A DNA stretch of 64,000 nucleotides from an uncultured Pseudobdellovibrionaceae bacterium. GTDB lineage: Bacteria; Bdellovibrionota; Bdellovibrionia; Bdellovibrionales; Bdellovibrionaceae. Below, piece by piece: positions 46,014-54,579 of this stretch; within the stretch, counting starts at the first letter, position 1; the number at the start of each line of letters is the position of its first letter. Below the pieces are notes generated by a model, which saw nothing but the letters and a program-made list of their open reading frames with translations, was not told where the DNA came from and made no database searches. The stretch lies in contig CAZETK010000001.1 in the NCBI GenBank assembly GCA_964515195.1, positions 13,126-77,125 on the forward strand. Direction: 5' to 3'. Position numbers and translations under genes: made by a program.

Positions 46014-46210
46014 AGTAAGCCTCCTCCGACATCTCTGTCGGGATTAGTAGAAATAGTCCTTGTGGGCTTACGAAATGACGGAGATGGAGCGTTTTATCGT
46101 GCTACCAACGTGCTACCGTTTTGCTACCAAAACTTGAAATGCACCGAAATTCTGCGAAATGCAGTCTGGGTTTCACTTTCTCAATTAAAATTAAACAGGT
46201 ATCTGAATTT
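45836..46210. repeat. direct repeat copy 2 (A2 45836-45930 and B2 46178-46210, separated by 247 nt absent from copy 1)
   Basis: See copy 1. TTCTC microhomology at 45937-45941 and 46178-46182 borders the segment missing from copy 1. Confidence 0.8.
46099..46128. repeat. three GCTACC-core motifs with exact 11-bp phasing (GTGCTACC, GTGCTACC, TTGCTACC)
   Basis: Motif starts at 46099, 46110 and 46121, about 125-150 nt from the tRNA-Pro 3' end. Related pair GTGCTACT / ATGCTACC at 41151-41168 beside the integrase remnant. Confidence 0.7.
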
Positions 46211-46250
46211 TTTTGGGTTTTGAAGGTACTGATTTTTATAGAAGGAAAAA

Positions 46251-46327
<77 letters not shown>

Positions 46328-46421
46328 CCGTCAGATCAAAAACTGGACTTATATTGCACAAGACTGCATTTTAACGCAAGTCTGATTGTGGGAATTTAAG
46401 GGACCTTCTACACTATTTTCC

Positions 46422-47090
46422 ATGGAACAGTTTCTTCAAACACTTCCTCGGCCTGTTCTCGTTTTCAGTGTCATCGTGATTGGGGTCTTCGTGGTCATGC
46501 TTCTGAGCCCTCCTCGAACTCTCTGTGACACGCAAAGGGAGCAAGTGGAAGAGACCCTTCCAGGTCTGACTAAGCCTCTTCGCCAGAACAAGCAAACCAT
46601 GCCTCCTAAAATCATCGGTGCCCTTGATCGGTGCTATCAGGGGCGCTCAGCCGGGGCCTGTTACGATTACTTTCAGATTTTACGGGGTCTGGCCCAATTC
46701 GTGCTGACGGCCTCTTCTGAATGTCGAGCTGACATTTATGAGATATCTGATATTAAGAATCGTTTGCAAGAAGGGGTGCAGAATATGGTGCTCTTGGCTT
46801 GGGGAGACTATCCACCGGGGCCCGATGCGGCTGACCGTTTTGGCCCTCTACAAGATGCCGAGATTGCTTTGTTCTGCTACCTTAAGTCAGCCATGATTGC
46901 TGGAGTCGGCGAGACGGCATGGCATGAATTCCGAAAAAAAACCTCTGAGAAGCTTCCGGGAGAGAAAGTTGATCTCCCGAAAGATCCATCAGAGGTTATG
47001 AGGAAGCCCCGACCTGCCAATAAGGTTTTAAGCGAATTGGATATTTGGAATCGAAGCCTTTTTTCCGTCCGTTGTGAAAACTATCGCTAA
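46422..47090 (+). CDS. hypothetical membrane-anchored protein
   Basis: ATG 46422 gives MEQFLQTLPRPVLVFSVIVIGVFVVMLL (N-terminal TM). No motif recognised. Confidence 0.5.
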   Translation: MEQFLQTLPRPVLVFSVIVIGVFVVMLLSPPRTLCDTQREQVEETLPGLTKPLRQNKQTMPPKIIGALDRCYQGRSAGACYDYFQILRGLAQFVLTASSECRADIYEISDIKNRLQEGVQNMVLLAWGDYPPGPDAADRFGPLQDAEIALFCYLKSAMIAGVGETAWHEFRKKTSEKLPGEKVDLPKDPSEVMRKPRPANKVLSELDIWNRSLFSVRCENYR

Positions 47091-47102
47091 TTAAGAGAGA
47101 TT

Positions 47103-47294
47103 CTAAACGGAGGCTAACCAGATCGTAGCCCAATTTGAATCTTTCAAGCGCCCTAAAAAGCGAAACTCCGGGTCGTCGATTTTTGTAATTTCATAAAGAC
47201 GATGTGAAACTGGTTGAATGATCCATTCATTTGGGTCAAGCCCGAATTGCAATAGTTGCCTATAGAGTTTTCTTAAACCATTTTGATTTTTCAT
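47103..47294 (-). CDS. hypothetical small protein (63 aa)
   Basis: ORF only. Confidence 0.35.
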   Translation of the reverse strand: MKNQNGLRKLYRQLLQFGLDPNEWIIQPVSHRLYEITKIDDPEFRFLGRLKDSNWATIWLASV

Positions 47295-47416
47295 TCCATC
47301 CCCCTAGTGTTGAAGAGCCTTAATTGCAGGGGGAGGGCCAAGTTCGGGACGCGTTAAAACGCAAACGGATCCTTTTTTGTTGTGAGAGTATTAAAATCTG
47401 CTTTAATTTCTTAGAA

Positions 47417-47821
47417 ATGAGAAAGAAAAAATATCTCTACGATTTCGTCATTCAAATCCTTCTTATTGGTGCGGTGATTATGCTGTTCCAAAAGAGTCCT
47501 AATAAAATTCAGGCCTCATTTTGGGCCAGCGCACTTTTTGTTATGATGCCTTTGTCGATGATGAGCCGCGAGTGGATTCTCTTCCGATTTAGCAACAAAG
47601 TTTGGTGGGGAGCGGTTTTACAGTTTTGGCTTCTATTTGCGATCCCCATTATGACCATGCGGATTCTCCATCCCCGGGTCTCGTTGAGCGAGGTGACGCT
47701 GGGAGGAGTTCCCATCAATCTCTGGCATCAGCTATCGAATATCAGCTTCTTATTTTTAATGTCAGCCACGCTTTGGAGTTGGTGGTACTACCGTCAAAAA
47801 GAAAAAAGCTCAGGAAAATAA
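47417..47821 (+). CDS. hypothetical integral membrane protein
   Basis: ATG 47417 (MRKKKYLYDFVIQILLIGAVIML). Four predicted TM helices. Confidence 0.5.
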   Translation: MRKKKYLYDFVIQILLIGAVIMLFQKSPNKIQASFWASALFVMMPLSMMSREWILFRFSNKVWWGAVLQFWLLFAIPIMTMRILHPRVSLSEVTLGGVPINLWHQLSNISFLFLMSATLWSWWYYRQKEKSSGK

Positions 47822-47926
47822 ACCTGAGCTTTTCGTTTTCTTGCTTAATTCAATTTAATCTTATGGATCTTAGACGTGTATTAACTTCGAGCCTGAATAA
47901 TTGTGATTATTGAGGCTCTAAAGCGT

Positions 47927-48196
47927 TTAGATTTCGAAAGGAACAGGAGAGATAGCCTCTTGGCGCTGTGAATTATCGTAGTGTTCCATGCCAGAAGGTA
48001 AAAGTCCAAGGGCGCGGGCCTTGCGAACCGCTGCTGCCACTTTTTTTTGTTGGGCAATGCTCAGCTTTGAAATGCGAGCTGGAACAATCTTGCCACCGTC
48101 TCCGATGAACCTTGTAAGAGAGACCGGATCTTTGTAATCAAAATGGTGGTCGCCGGAAAATTCTTGTCTGTACTTCGATTTGCTGGACTTCTTCAT
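47927..48196 (-). CDS. rpsR: 30S ribosomal protein S18
   Basis: DYKDPVSLTRFIGDGGKIVPARISKLSIAQQKKVAAAVRKARALGLLP is the bS18 core. Confidence 0.85.
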   Translation of the reverse strand: MKKSSKSKYRQEFSGDHHFDYKDPVSLTRFIGDGGKIVPARISKLSIAQQKKVAAAVRKARALGLLPSGMEHYDNSQRQEAISPVPFEI

Positions 48197-48245
48197 TATT
48201 TCTTCCCCAATTTAAGCAAGAAGGATTACTTACTAAAAAAAGGGA

Positions 48246-48275
48246 TTGCCATCAAGTGTCTTTTTTGGCTATAAA
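48246..48275 (+). promoter_or_regulatory. sigma70-like promoter candidate for rpmB (TTGCCA, 18-nt spacer, TATAAA)
   Basis: TTGCCA at 48246-48251 and TATAAA at 48270-48275. Confidence 0.4.
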
Positions 48276-48315
48276 TCCAACTTCTTTATAAGAATCCGTC
48301 ATAGGCCGATTCAAA

Positions 48316-48337
48316 TATAGAATATTTATAGAATATT
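48316..48337. repeat. perfect tandem duplication of the 11-mer TATAGAATATT in the rpmB leader
   Basis: 48316-48326 is identical to 48327-48337. The pair is flanked by ATAGGCCGAT (48301-48310) and ATAGGCTGAT (48345-48354), and by the inverted pair CCGAT / ATCGG. Confidence 0.8.
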
Positions 48338-48377
48338 GATCGGAATAGGCTGATTTGTCTATCAGGAGTAGAAAACT

Positions 48378-48671
48378 ATGAGCCGCTGTGAATTAACTGG
48401 TAAAAGACCGATGGTGAAGCACTTGGTCAGTCACTCAAATCGCAAGACTAAGGCTAAATCCAATCCAAATGTGCAATCAAAACGGCTGTTTAGTAAAGCT
48501 CTTGACGAGATGGTGCGTCTTCAAGTGGCTACTAAGACTATCAAGGATATGGAGCACATTGGGGGCCTTTATACCTTTATCCTGAACCAGGATAATGAAA
48601 AGCTTTCAAAGAGAGCCCTTGAGTTGAAAAATCGAATCCGCCGTAAGATCCTGGCGCAAAGTAAACACTAA
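48378..48671 (+). CDS. rpmB: 50S ribosomal protein L28
   Basis: MSRCELTGKRPMVKHLVSHSNRKTKAKSNPNVQSKRLF is the bL28 signature. Confidence 0.85.
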   Translation: MSRCELTGKRPMVKHLVSHSNRKTKAKSNPNVQSKRLFSKALDEMVRLQVATKTIKDMEHIGGLYTFILNQDNEKLSKRALELKNRIRRKILAQSKH

Positions 48672-48703
48672 TCTCTCAGACAGAACGATCGAGGTTGTTT
48701 GTG

Positions 48704-48964
48704 ATGAAGTTGAAGATTAAAAAAGGCGCTAAAGTTCAGGTTATTGCCGGCGCTGATAAAGGCAAAAAAGGCATCGTAATCGAAATTGACCCCAAGCGAT
48801 TGCTTGTTCGCGTCGAGGGTGTGCGAGTTCAAACACACTTCGATAAGAAAGATGGCTTGTTGCAAAAAGAAGGTTTCATTCATTACTCAAACCTTCAGCT
48901 TGTAGATAAGGCTCCTGAGAAGAAGGCCACTGGTAAAAAGTCCGGTAAATCAAAAACCGCATAA
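48704..48964 (+). CDS. L24-like KOW-domain ribosomal protein (possible rplX paralogue)
   Basis: MKLKIKKGAKVQVIAGADKGKKGIVIEI..VRVEGV......HYSNLQLV follows the uL24 KOW pattern. Lys-rich C-terminal tail. ATG 48704 follows GAGG. Confidence 0.6.
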   Translation: MKLKIKKGAKVQVIAGADKGKKGIVIEIDPKRLLVRVEGVRVQTHFDKKDGLLQKEGFIHYSNLQLVDKAPEKKATGKKSGKSKTA

Positions 48965-49078
48965 ATTCCAACCTTCCAGCATACAGTCTAAAAGTTGGTT
49001 AAATAGCAAATCTATTAGACTCTGCTGGATTTAGGCCGCAGTCAGCCCTTATACTGAAACTCATCGACTGAGGAGTGA

Positions 49079-49402
49079 ATGCTTTACGGAATTTTAGGTG
49101 TGACTGCAGTTTTTTTTCTTTTGAGTCCAGCTATGGGGCAGGCCGAGCTCAGACGCCCTGAAGTCTCAATAATGTGCCGACACTCGAAAGAAGTTCGTAC
49201 TCTTCGCGTTGAAAAATTAGACGATGGTTCTTGTCGCTCAATCTACACAAAGGCTGGAAAAGACCAAAAAATCGGCTCAGGGCTTTATCAAAACTCCTGC
49301 GAAGGATTTGTAAACCAAGTTCGCGATGTTCTTGAAGACGCCAACTGGAAATGTCGTGAAGTACAAGAGGCCCAGCTCTCAAACCTTCTTGATCAACGTT
49401 AG
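49079..49402 (+). CDS. hypothetical secreted protein
   Basis: Signal peptide MLYGILGVTAVFFLLSPAMGQA. Four Cys. Confidence 0.5.
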   Translation: MLYGILGVTAVFFLLSPAMGQAELRRPEVSIMCRHSKEVRTLRVEKLDDGSCRSIYTKAGKDQKIGSGLYQNSCEGFVNQVRDVLEDANWKCREVQEAQLSNLLDQR

Positions 49403-49424
49403 TCTCTAAGGTGTAATTTTCATA

Positions 49425-50255
49425 ATGGACAACCTAAAAATTGCGATTGCTCAAATGACTTCCATTGACGATGTTAATCAAAATTTGAACATCATGATGG
49501 ATCTTATAAGTCAGTTGTCTCCCAGCCAAGTGGACGTTGTTTTTTTTCCGGAAAATTGCCTCTATATGCGCTTAGCCGAGGGAGAAGACATTCCGGGACT
49601 CGAACTATCGGATGCAGCCTTCCCTAAGCTGTTAGCCTGGAGCCAGTCTCACAAAATTCACCTTCACTTAGGATCTGTGCCTTTACGGGTCGGTCAGGAT
49701 TTGCGTAATTCGTCGATCTGGATTTCTCCTGAGGGCACTGTAAAACCCAGTTATACAAAAACCCATCTGTTTGATATTGAGTTGACAGGTCAGGCCCCTA
49801 TTCGAGAGTCCGATGTTTTTCTTCATGGCAACGGCCCCACCCTGTTAAGCCTAAAAAATTGGAATATCGGTCAGACCATTTGTTATGACCTCCGGTTTTC
49901 AGAACTTTTTCACTCTTACGCTATGATGGGTGTTGAGGTGATCACTGTGCCAGCGGCCTTTTTAGTTAAAACTGGTCAAGCTCATTGGGAGGTCCTTTTA
50001 AGGGCCCGTGCCATTGAAAGTCAGTGCTATATCGTAGCGAGCGCTCAGTGCGGTCTGCATCGGAGCCCACGCGGACAACGCGAGACATTTGGACATAGTC
50101 TGGTAATTGACCCCTGGGGACAAAAACTTGTGGAAATGGGAAATAGGCCAGGTCTACAAGTAGTAGACCTGCAATTGGATGAAGTGCGAAAAGTGCGTCA
50201 GCAAATTCCTATGAAAAACCACAGAAGAGGCCCCTTTCCTGCGTCTAATAAGTGA
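49425..50255 (+). CDS. carbon-nitrogen hydrolase (nitrilase superfamily, Nit-like)
   Basis: FFPENCLYM (catalytic Glu), KTHLFD (Lys) and ICYDLRFSELF (Cys). Confidence 0.8.
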   Translation: MDNLKIAIAQMTSIDDVNQNLNIMMDLISQLSPSQVDVVFFPENCLYMRLAEGEDIPGLELSDAAFPKLLAWSQSHKIHLHLGSVPLRVGQDLRNSSIWISPEGTVKPSYTKTHLFDIELTGQAPIRESDVFLHGNGPTLLSLKNWNIGQTICYDLRFSELFHSYAMMGVEVITVPAAFLVKTGQAHWEVLLRARAIESQCYIVASAQCGLHRSPRGQRETFGHSLVIDPWGQKLVEMGNRPGLQVVDLQLDEVRKVRQQIPMKNHRRGPFPASNK

Positions 50256-50287
50256 CAATTCGGCGAAATTGTTTTCAAATAGTTTTC

Positions 50288-50548
50288 ATGACAAAGAAGA
50301 AATTGGCCCTTATCAGCTTATCTTTAGGGTTGGGATTTCAGCTTTTGCTGAGTACCGTTCCCGCCATGGCTCAACCGGTCCTTGGGCAGGATCGAAAAGT
50401 CGTGGACATCGCAAAAGGGAAAAAATATCGCAATGGAGCCGAGGAAGGGGAATTGCAGATTCAGCCTCAGTTAACGTCCCCTCAACGGAAAATTTCTCCG
50501 GTTATTGTTAAAGATCTTGAAGAAGAAAAATCTGAAGAGCGAGATTGA
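50288..50548 (+). CDS. hypothetical small secreted protein
   Basis: ATG 50288 gives signal peptide MTKKKLALISLSLGLGFQLLLSTVPAMA. Confidence 0.45.
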   Translation: MTKKKLALISLSLGLGFQLLLSTVPAMAQPVLGQDRKVVDIAKGKKYRNGAEEGELQIQPQLTSPQRKISPVIVKDLEEEKSEERD

Positions 50549-50554
50549 GGTTTT

Positions 50555-52288
50555 ATGAGCCAAGTATACGATTCTTTACCTGAAGGTGTGACCCGCGAAG
50601 TAATGGACGTGGATGTTTTAATTGTAGGTGGTGGTTCAGCGGGACTTTCTTGCGCTCTGCACTTGTCCAATCAAATCAAAAAGCACAATGAAGATGTGGC
50701 CAGTGGCAAGATTTCAGATCCAACTATCGAAGATCCCATGATCGTCGTCTTAGAAAAGGGAGTGGAAATCGGAGCACATTCATTTTCGGGCGCAGTATTG
50801 AATCCTATAGCCTTACAAGAGATGATTCCTGACTTTAAGGAAAAGGGCTGCCCACTAGATGCGGAAGTTGTCGAAGATGCTGTTTATTATCTGGGCGATA
50901 AGAAAGCTTTTAAACTTCCCATCATACCACCGCCTTTTCATAACAAGGGAAATTATATTATTTCCTTGAGTCAGCTCAATCGTTGGCTGGCCACGCAATG
51001 CGAAGCCAATGGTATCAATATTTTTCCTGGTTTTGCCGCAGTCGAGGCTCTTTATGAGGGCGATAAAATTGTCGGAGTTCGAACAGGTGACAAAGGACGC
51101 GACAAAGAGGGAAATCCTAAAGCGAATTTTGAACCAGGGTTAATCTTAAAATCAAAAGTCACAATTTTTGCCGAGGGAACAAGAGGATCGCTTTTCAAGC
51201 AAGTGCAGAAGAAGTTGAATCTGCGCGCAGGAAAAAACGTTGAAACTTATGAAGAGGGCGTGAAGGAAATTATCCAAATGCCAGCAGGGACCGTTAAGGC
51301 TGGTCAGGTCACGCACACCTTCGGATATCCTCTGAAGAAAAGTATTGGTGGAACATTTATTTACACGATCCCAGGCGATAAAATTATTTTAGGTTTAGTG
51401 GCCTATCTGGACGCACAGGATCCTTTGCTAGACCCTCACCGTGAGTTGCAAAAATTGAAAATGCATCCTTACATCGCCGATATGATCAAAGGCGGTAAAG
51501 TGGTTGCTTACGGCGGAAAGACTCTACCAGCTGGTGGTTGGTACTCCATGCCCAAATTATACGGTGATGGCTGGATGGTTTGTGGAGATTCCGCCAGCAT
51601 GGTGGATGTCCAAAAGTTAAAGGGCATTCATCTAGCCATGAAAGCGGGAATGAACGCAGCGGAAGTCATTATTCAAGGATTAAAAAAACATGATTTTTCC
51701 GAAAATGTCACCCGTGGCTATGAGGAAAAGGTTCATGGCTGTTATGTGAAAGAAGAATTATATAAAGTTCGAAATTTCCATCAAAGCTTGAGCAAGGGGA
51801 TATTTAAGTCATTGCCTTTGTTGGCGGCCCAGCAGGTAACTGGCGGTCGTGGATTCGTGGATCGTATGGAAAGCCACGAAGACTTTCAGACTACGAAAAA
51901 ATTACATGAGGTGTGGGGTGAAGCAGGGCTTCAGGCTCCCGAAAATCATTTGCCTAAACCTGACGGAACTTTGTTTTTTGATAAGCTTTCCAGCGTCTAC
52001 ATGACAGGAACCCTGCATGATGAAAACTCACCAAATCATTTATTATTACAAAATCCCGATACTTGCAGAAATGTTTGTGAACCCCAGTATAAGAGTCCTT
52101 GCACTCACTTCTGCCCAGCTGCCGTTTATGAGATGCTTCCCTCGAAGATCGAGGCGGGAAAATTTGATCTTCATATAAATTATACCAACTGCATTCACTG
52201 TAAGACTTGTGATATTAAGTGTCCCTTCGAGAATATCGATTGGACTGTGCCCGAGGGAGGTGGCGGTCCTCAATATCGCGAGACGTAA
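50555..52288 (+). CDS. electron-transfer flavoprotein:ubiquinone oxidoreductase (ETF-QO)
   Basis: FAD motif VLIVGGGSAGLSCA. C-terminal 4Fe-4S motif CPAAVYE..CIHCKTCDIKCP. Confidence 0.85.
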   Translation: MSQVYDSLPEGVTREVMDVDVLIVGGGSAGLSCALHLSNQIKKHNEDVASGKISDPTIEDPMIVVLEKGVEIGAHSFSGAVLNPIALQEMIPDFKEKGCPLDAEVVEDAVYYLGDKKAFKLPIIPPPFHNKGNYIISLSQLNRWLATQCEANGINIFPGFAAVEALYEGDKIVGVRTGDKGRDKEGNPKANFEPGLILKSKVTIFAEGTRGSLFKQVQKKLNLRAGKNVETYEEGVKEIIQMPAGTVKAGQVTHTFGYPLKKSIGGTFIYTIPGDKIILGLVAYLDAQDPLLDPHRELQKLKMHPYIADMIKGGKVVAYGGKTLPAGGWYSMPKLYGDGWMVCGDSASMVDVQKLKGIHLAMKAGMNAAEVIIQGLKKHDFSENVTRGYEEKVHGCYVKEELYKVRNFHQSLSKGIFKSLPLLAAQQVTGGRGFVDRMESHEDFQTTKKLHEVWGEAGLQAPENHLPKPDGTLFFDKLSSVYMTGTLHDENSPNHLLLQNPDTCRNVCEPQYKSPCTHFCPAAVYEMLPSKIEAGKFDLHINYTNCIHCKTCDIKCPFENIDWTVPEGGGGPQYRET

Positions 52289-52338
52289 AGCTCCCATGAT
52301 GAAGCCCGTCTCGCACCAGAAGGGAAAGGGCGTTTTAC

Positions 52339-53466
52339 ATGCCACAGTTTTTTGCCAGTTGTCCAAAGGGCCTCGTCGAACCTCTTGAGGCTGAATTGCA
52401 AGCCTTGGGATTTAAACCTTATGATCGTTCGCAGAATGGAATCTTTTTCGATTCCAATTGGGAAGGCTGCTATAAGGTCAACCTTCACACCCGCTATGCC
52501 AGCCGCATTTTAAAACCAGTCTTAAGCTTTACAGCCTATCAAGCGGATGAGCTGTATCATAATATTTTGAAGCATGACTTTACCAAGTACATCAGTTCTC
52601 ATCAGACCATCAAGGTAGAGGCTTCTACGAAGGACTCCAAACTGAAGGATCAACGTTTCATCGCGATGAAGGTGAAAGATGCCATCGTCGACCAGTTTCG
52701 TGAAAAGACTGGAGAGCGGCCCAGCGTAGACAATCTTCGACCTGATTTCACCGTGTACATTAAGTCCTATAAAAATCATTTCTCTGTCGCCATTGATACG
52801 AGTGGTGATTCTTTGTTTATGAGAGGGTACCGACTAGAGGCTGGAGATGCGCCCCTAAAAGAAAATTTAGCCGCCGGTCTACTTCAGTTGGCAGAATGGG
52901 ATCAAAAAACTCCGATTGTCGATCCAATGTGTGGAGCGGGAACTATTTTGATTGAAGCCGCGATGATGGTCATGAATGTAGCGCCTGGTTCTATGCGGAA
53001 GCGTTTCGGATTTATGAACTTAAAAGGCTTCAACAAAGAAGCTTGGGAGAGAATCGTAGATGAAGCTATCAGCGCAGAAAAAGAGGACTGTGGTGAGCTT
53101 CATTTCTATGGCTACGATATCGACCGTAAAGTTTTGATGAAGGCCATTGAAAATGCAAAAAGAGCCGGGGTTAATGGATGTATAAAGTTTAAGCGTGAGT
53201 CTGTGATGGCCTTGAAGGCACCGGTTGAAAAAGGCCTTATTGTCACCAATCCCCCGTATGGGGCGCGTATAGGAGATGAGGATAATCTTCGAGATGTGTA
53301 CCGCGACTTCAGCCATACCCTCAAAACAGAATTTAAGGGTTGGAATGCTTGGATACTATCGGGAAATAAGGATCTTATAGCCGATCTTAAACTAAAGGCC
53401 AGCCGTAAACATTTTGTCTATAATGGTAATATCGAATGCCGATTTTTAAAATACGAAATACGTTAA
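52339..53466 (+). CDS. THUMP-domain class I SAM-dependent RNA methyltransferase (RlmL N-terminal-half / YpsC-like)
   Basis: DPMCGAGTILIEAA (motif I) and VTNPPYGARIG (motif IV). THUMP-like N-terminal region. Confidence 0.75.
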   Translation: MPQFFASCPKGLVEPLEAELQALGFKPYDRSQNGIFFDSNWEGCYKVNLHTRYASRILKPVLSFTAYQADELYHNILKHDFTKYISSHQTIKVEASTKDSKLKDQRFIAMKVKDAIVDQFREKTGERPSVDNLRPDFTVYIKSYKNHFSVAIDTSGDSLFMRGYRLEAGDAPLKENLAAGLLQLAEWDQKTPIVDPMCGAGTILIEAAMMVMNVAPGSMRKRFGFMNLKGFNKEAWERIVDEAISAEKEDCGELHFYGYDIDRKVLMKAIENAKRAGVNGCIKFKRESVMALKAPVEKGLIVTNPPYGARIGDEDNLRDVYRDFSHTLKTEFKGWNAWILSGNKDLIADLKLKASRKHFVYNGNIECRFLKYEIR

Positions 53467-54486
53467 CTAATTTTTATTTTGTCGACGCCAGAATTTCCAA
53501 ATCTCTGGCAGATCCATTAGGGCCCGAGACATTTTCAAATAATTCTGAAGTTTAACGGCAGGAAGGCCACCATAAGAACCGGCCTCAGTGAGGCTATTAA
53601 TGACACCGGTACGGCCAGCGAGCGTAACATTGTCAGGGATTTGAACATGGTCTCCGACAGCGGCTTGGCCTCCGGCTAAAAATTGTTTTCCAATTTTAGA
53701 AGATCCGGCCATCATAAAGCCCCCAGCAAGAATCGCATTTTCTCCGATTTCGCAATTGTGGGCAATATGAACTAGGTTATCAATTTTGCTTCCTGCGCCG
53801 ATTCGGGTTTCTGTTAATGTTGCGCGGTCGACGGTGCAATTAGCTCCAATTTCAACACGATCTTCAATTATGACACGACCGACTTGCGGTATTTTGTGGT
53901 GTTTCCCATCGGTAGGGTTTGTGACGAAGCCAAAGCCATCAGAGCCGATGGTGGTGTGTCCGTGAATTTCGCATTCTGTACCAATTTCAGTTTCGGCTCC
54001 AATGAAGACATGGGGGTGTAGGATTGTTTTTGAGCCGATTATGCAGTTGTTTTCAATGACAACGTGAGAGCCAATTTTGCTTCCTTCTCCAATTATAGTT
54101 TGTGCACCAATGACGGCATAGTCGCCGATGATGACATTTGCTCCGATATGAGCCGTGGGGTGGATGCTTACATTTTCTGAATCCACAAATCTTTGAAATT
54201 TCTTTTCAAAAAATGGAAGAGTGAGTGCTAAGCCTAAGGCTACAGTGGGAACTTCGAACAATGTAACTTCCACATCTAACTCGTTCATAACTAAGTCTGG
54301 CGTCTTGATAAGACTAGTGGCCCCACGGGATAAGGCTTGTTCAACCATTTTTTGTTTGGAGATAAAGACGAGACTGGACTCAAAACAACGATCAGGAGGT
54401 AAAACTTCTGTTACTTCTTTTTCTAGGTTTCCACGAAGATACTTAAGGCCGTATTTCTCAAACGGGAGTAATTGACTCAATTTCAT
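53467..54486 (-). CDS. lpxD: UDP-3-O-acylglucosamine N-acyltransferase
   Basis: 339 aa. Long run of hexapeptide repeats ([38 protein letters not shown]...) with an LpxD-type N-terminal domain. Confidence 0.8.
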   Translation of the reverse strand: MKLSQLLPFEKYGLKYLRGNLEKEVTEVLPPDRCFESSLVFISKQKMVEQALSRGATSLIKTPDLVMNELDVEVTLFEVPTVALGLALTLPFFEKKFQRFVDSENVSIHPTAHIGANVIIGDYAVIGAQTIIGEGSKIGSHVVIENNCIIGSKTILHPHVFIGAETEIGTECEIHGHTTIGSDGFGFVTNPTDGKHHKIPQVGRVIIEDRVEIGANCTVDRATLTETRIGAGSKIDNLVHIAHNCEIGENAILAGGFMMAGSSKIGKQFLAGGQAAVGDHVQIPDNVTLAGRTGVINSLTEAGSYGGLPAVKLQNYLKMSRALMDLPEIWKFWRRQNKN

Positions 54487-54579
54487 TCATTAGCCCTTGC
54501 GTCAAAAGTGTAATTGTTTTTTGTAACTCAGCCTATTCTTAGTATAAATCCAATTAAAATTCGAGGGAGGTTTTCAAAC

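Noticed and set aside
28828-46250. Direct repeat of the tRNA-Pro 3' half that would mark the distal att site of the island
   Set aside because: I could not find a convincing copy by eye. The weak match GATCGGGGGGC near 29126 shares 8 of 11 positions only. This needs a computational search, so the left island boundary remains undefined.
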